Virus record (IMG/VR): IMGVR_UViG_3300032295_000430
Span: 1-53,840 of that record
Direction: 5' to 3' (one strand)
DNA length: 53,840 nucleotides
Origin: a virus
Lineage: Duplodnaviria > Caudoviricetes
Shown one piece after another: positions 52,583 to 53,840 of this stretch. Under the pieces are notes generated by a model. The model worked only from the letters and a program-made list of their open reading frames with translations. It was not told the origin of the DNA and searched no databases. Position 1 is the stretch's first letter, and each line of letters begins with the position of its first letter. The position numbers were made by a program, and so were the translations under genes.

Positions 52583-53641
52583 ATGGGCCAATTTAAACCA
52601 ATGGTCAAAATGATGACCACGGAGCCTACCGTTGAGCTCAAACTCGCAAAAGGCGGCGCTGTAGCAATGAAAAAGGGTGGCTCTACTACCAAAGCCAAGA
52701 AGATGGCTATGGGTGGTTTAGGCACTATGGCTGCTCCTTCTATGCCTTCCAATATGCCTGCGTCAATGCCGGCAGGCCCAGCCCCTAAGAAGCCTTCTAT
52801 GGCTTCTCGTCGCAAGGCAATGATGGCGTCTAAGATGCCAGTACGCCCTGTGATGAAAGACGGTGGCATGCCTGAGTCACTGAAGAAGCACGCCGATATG
52901 CCTGCATCTAAAGCTCACAAGGGCTTGAAGACAGGTGGCGTTGTGATGGGTCAGGGCGGCTACAAGGATGGCTGCAGCGTAATCCCTGTGAGTGCCTCTA
53001 AAAAGGGCGCTGAGGGCTACGTTGAGACCAAGATGCACACTGCAACCCCTGATCGTTCGCCAGCTAAAACTGGTGGCGTGAAGATGGGCAACGGCGGTGG
53101 CTATAAAAAGGGCGGTGTGGCTAAGTATGCTAAGGGTGGCGGCGTTGAAAACAACGTCAGCACCACTCCTGCTGGCGTAACCAACACCACTACTGGTGGC
53201 GTTAGAAAAGGCAATGCTGGTGGTTATCGCAAAGGCGGTGCCACAAAAAAGTTTGCTGACGGTGGGGCTGTGCAGGACGATGGTCGTGCCGTCAAGATGC
53301 CACAAGGTAGTAAGCGTCCTCCAACACCTGTAAGTATTAATCAACTCTCTGGCACCTACAAAAAGGGTGGCAAGGTTAAGAAGTACGAAGGTGGCGGTGG
53401 CGTAAGCGACAACGAAATGGCTTACAACAAGTTTTATGAGGATGAAGAGAAGGAAAATCGGGAGACTCGTGATCAATTCATGAGAGCTTTGAAGAGCCCG
53501 ATTAGTACCATCAGGAAGATTCCTCGTAAGATTGGTGAGGCTATGGATGCATTGGGTGGTAAGGGCTCTGTTAGCACCAAAGAGCGCGAAGTCACTCGCA
53601 CTGTTGTCCCCGGCAAGAAACGTGGTGGCAAGGCTTGTTGA
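52583..53641 (+). CDS. basic low-complexity protein with many [MYFL][AKR]xGG repeats
   Basis: AGGAGG RBS; K/G/M-rich. Confidence 0.8.
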   Translation: MGQFKPMVKMMTTEPTVELKLAKGGAVAMKKGGSTTKAKKMAMGGLGTMAAPSMPSNMPASMPAGPAPKKPSMASRRKAMMASKMPVRPVMKDGGMPESLKKHADMPASKAHKGLKTGGVVMGQGGYKDGCSVIPVSASKKGAEGYVETKMHTATPDRSPAKTGGVKMGNGGGYKKGGVAKYAKGGGVENNVSTTPAGVTNTTTGGVRKGNAGGYRKGGATKKFADGGAVQDDGRAVKMPQGSKRPPTPVSINQLSGTYKKGGKVKKYEGGGGVSDNEMAYNKFYEDEEKENRETRDQFMRALKSPISTIRKIPRKIGEAMDALGGKGSVSTKEREVTRTVVPGKKRGGKAC

Positions 53642-53644
53642 AAT

Positions 53645-53668
53645 GGGCGGGGGCTTCGGCTCCCGCTT
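53645..53668 (+). terminator. C(UUCG)G hairpin
   Basis: GGGCGGGGGC-TTCG-GCTCCCGCTT. Confidence 0.55.
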
Positions 53669-53684
53669 CTAATTGAGGATTGAT

Positions 53685-53840
53685 ATGGGAACTTATTCTT
53701 CCGCAACCCGTCAGGGCGCGTATGAGCCATTTGAACTGCAAGTAGCCCGTGGGCAAGTTGATGGTCACAAAACCTTATTTAAATTCGGCATCAATGGTGA
53801 TGTCGGTACATCTGTAGAAACAGTTTGGGCACAAGGTGGA
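53685..53840 (+). CDS. 5' part of the junction-spanning ORF (MGTYSSATRQGAYEPFELQVARG…)
   Basis: GAGGA RBS; continues in frame at position 20 to the stop at 643. Confidence 0.8.
   Translation, partial: MGTYSSATRQGAYEPFELQVARGQVDGHKTLFKFGINGDVGTSVETVWAQGG
53822..53840. repeat. 19-bp terminal overlap (copy 2)
   Basis: Identical to 1-19. Confidence 0.95.

Overview
This window is essentially one complete, circularly assembled dsDNA tailed-phage genome (unit length about 53,821 bp). Bases 1-19 are identical to 53822-53840, and one ORF reads through the junction. The architecture is podovirus-like, with no tape measure, sheath or baseplate evident. The order is terS-terL, a 1623-aa protein, portal, GroES-like protein, scaffold, major capsid, adaptor/tail fibres, lysis cassette (holin, Rz/embedded Rz1, HNH, GH108 endolysin), tail tube/nozzle and putative ejection proteins. 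A leftward early operon (PD-(D/E)XK nuclease, putative SSB, many small ORFs) and a rightward lambdoid replication operon (Cro-like, C4-type antisense RNA, DUF1376 initiator, DnaB-like helicase, RuvC-like resolvase) follow. Spanins imply a Gram-negative host. No integrase, CI repressor, DNA polymerase or prohead protease was recognised. Most notable: (1) an acyl carrier protein, a catalytically intact beta-ketoacyl synthase and a putative GNAT-fold gene sit between the tail nozzle and ejection genes, suggesting a phage-encoded virion-protein acylation system; (2) a short [MYFL]-[AKR]-x-G-G peptide tag recurs more than 20 times in at least seven virion-module proteins and marks apparent domain boundaries of the 1623-aa protein, with a candidate cognate SDxIPAML..GEYV domain in an ejection-region protein; (3) a ~780-nt array of interlocking structured RNAs includes an anticodon-less tRNA mimic and encloses an unannotated secreted 8-Cys mini-protein. 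All product calls come from motifs and synteny read by eye; no database searches were run.
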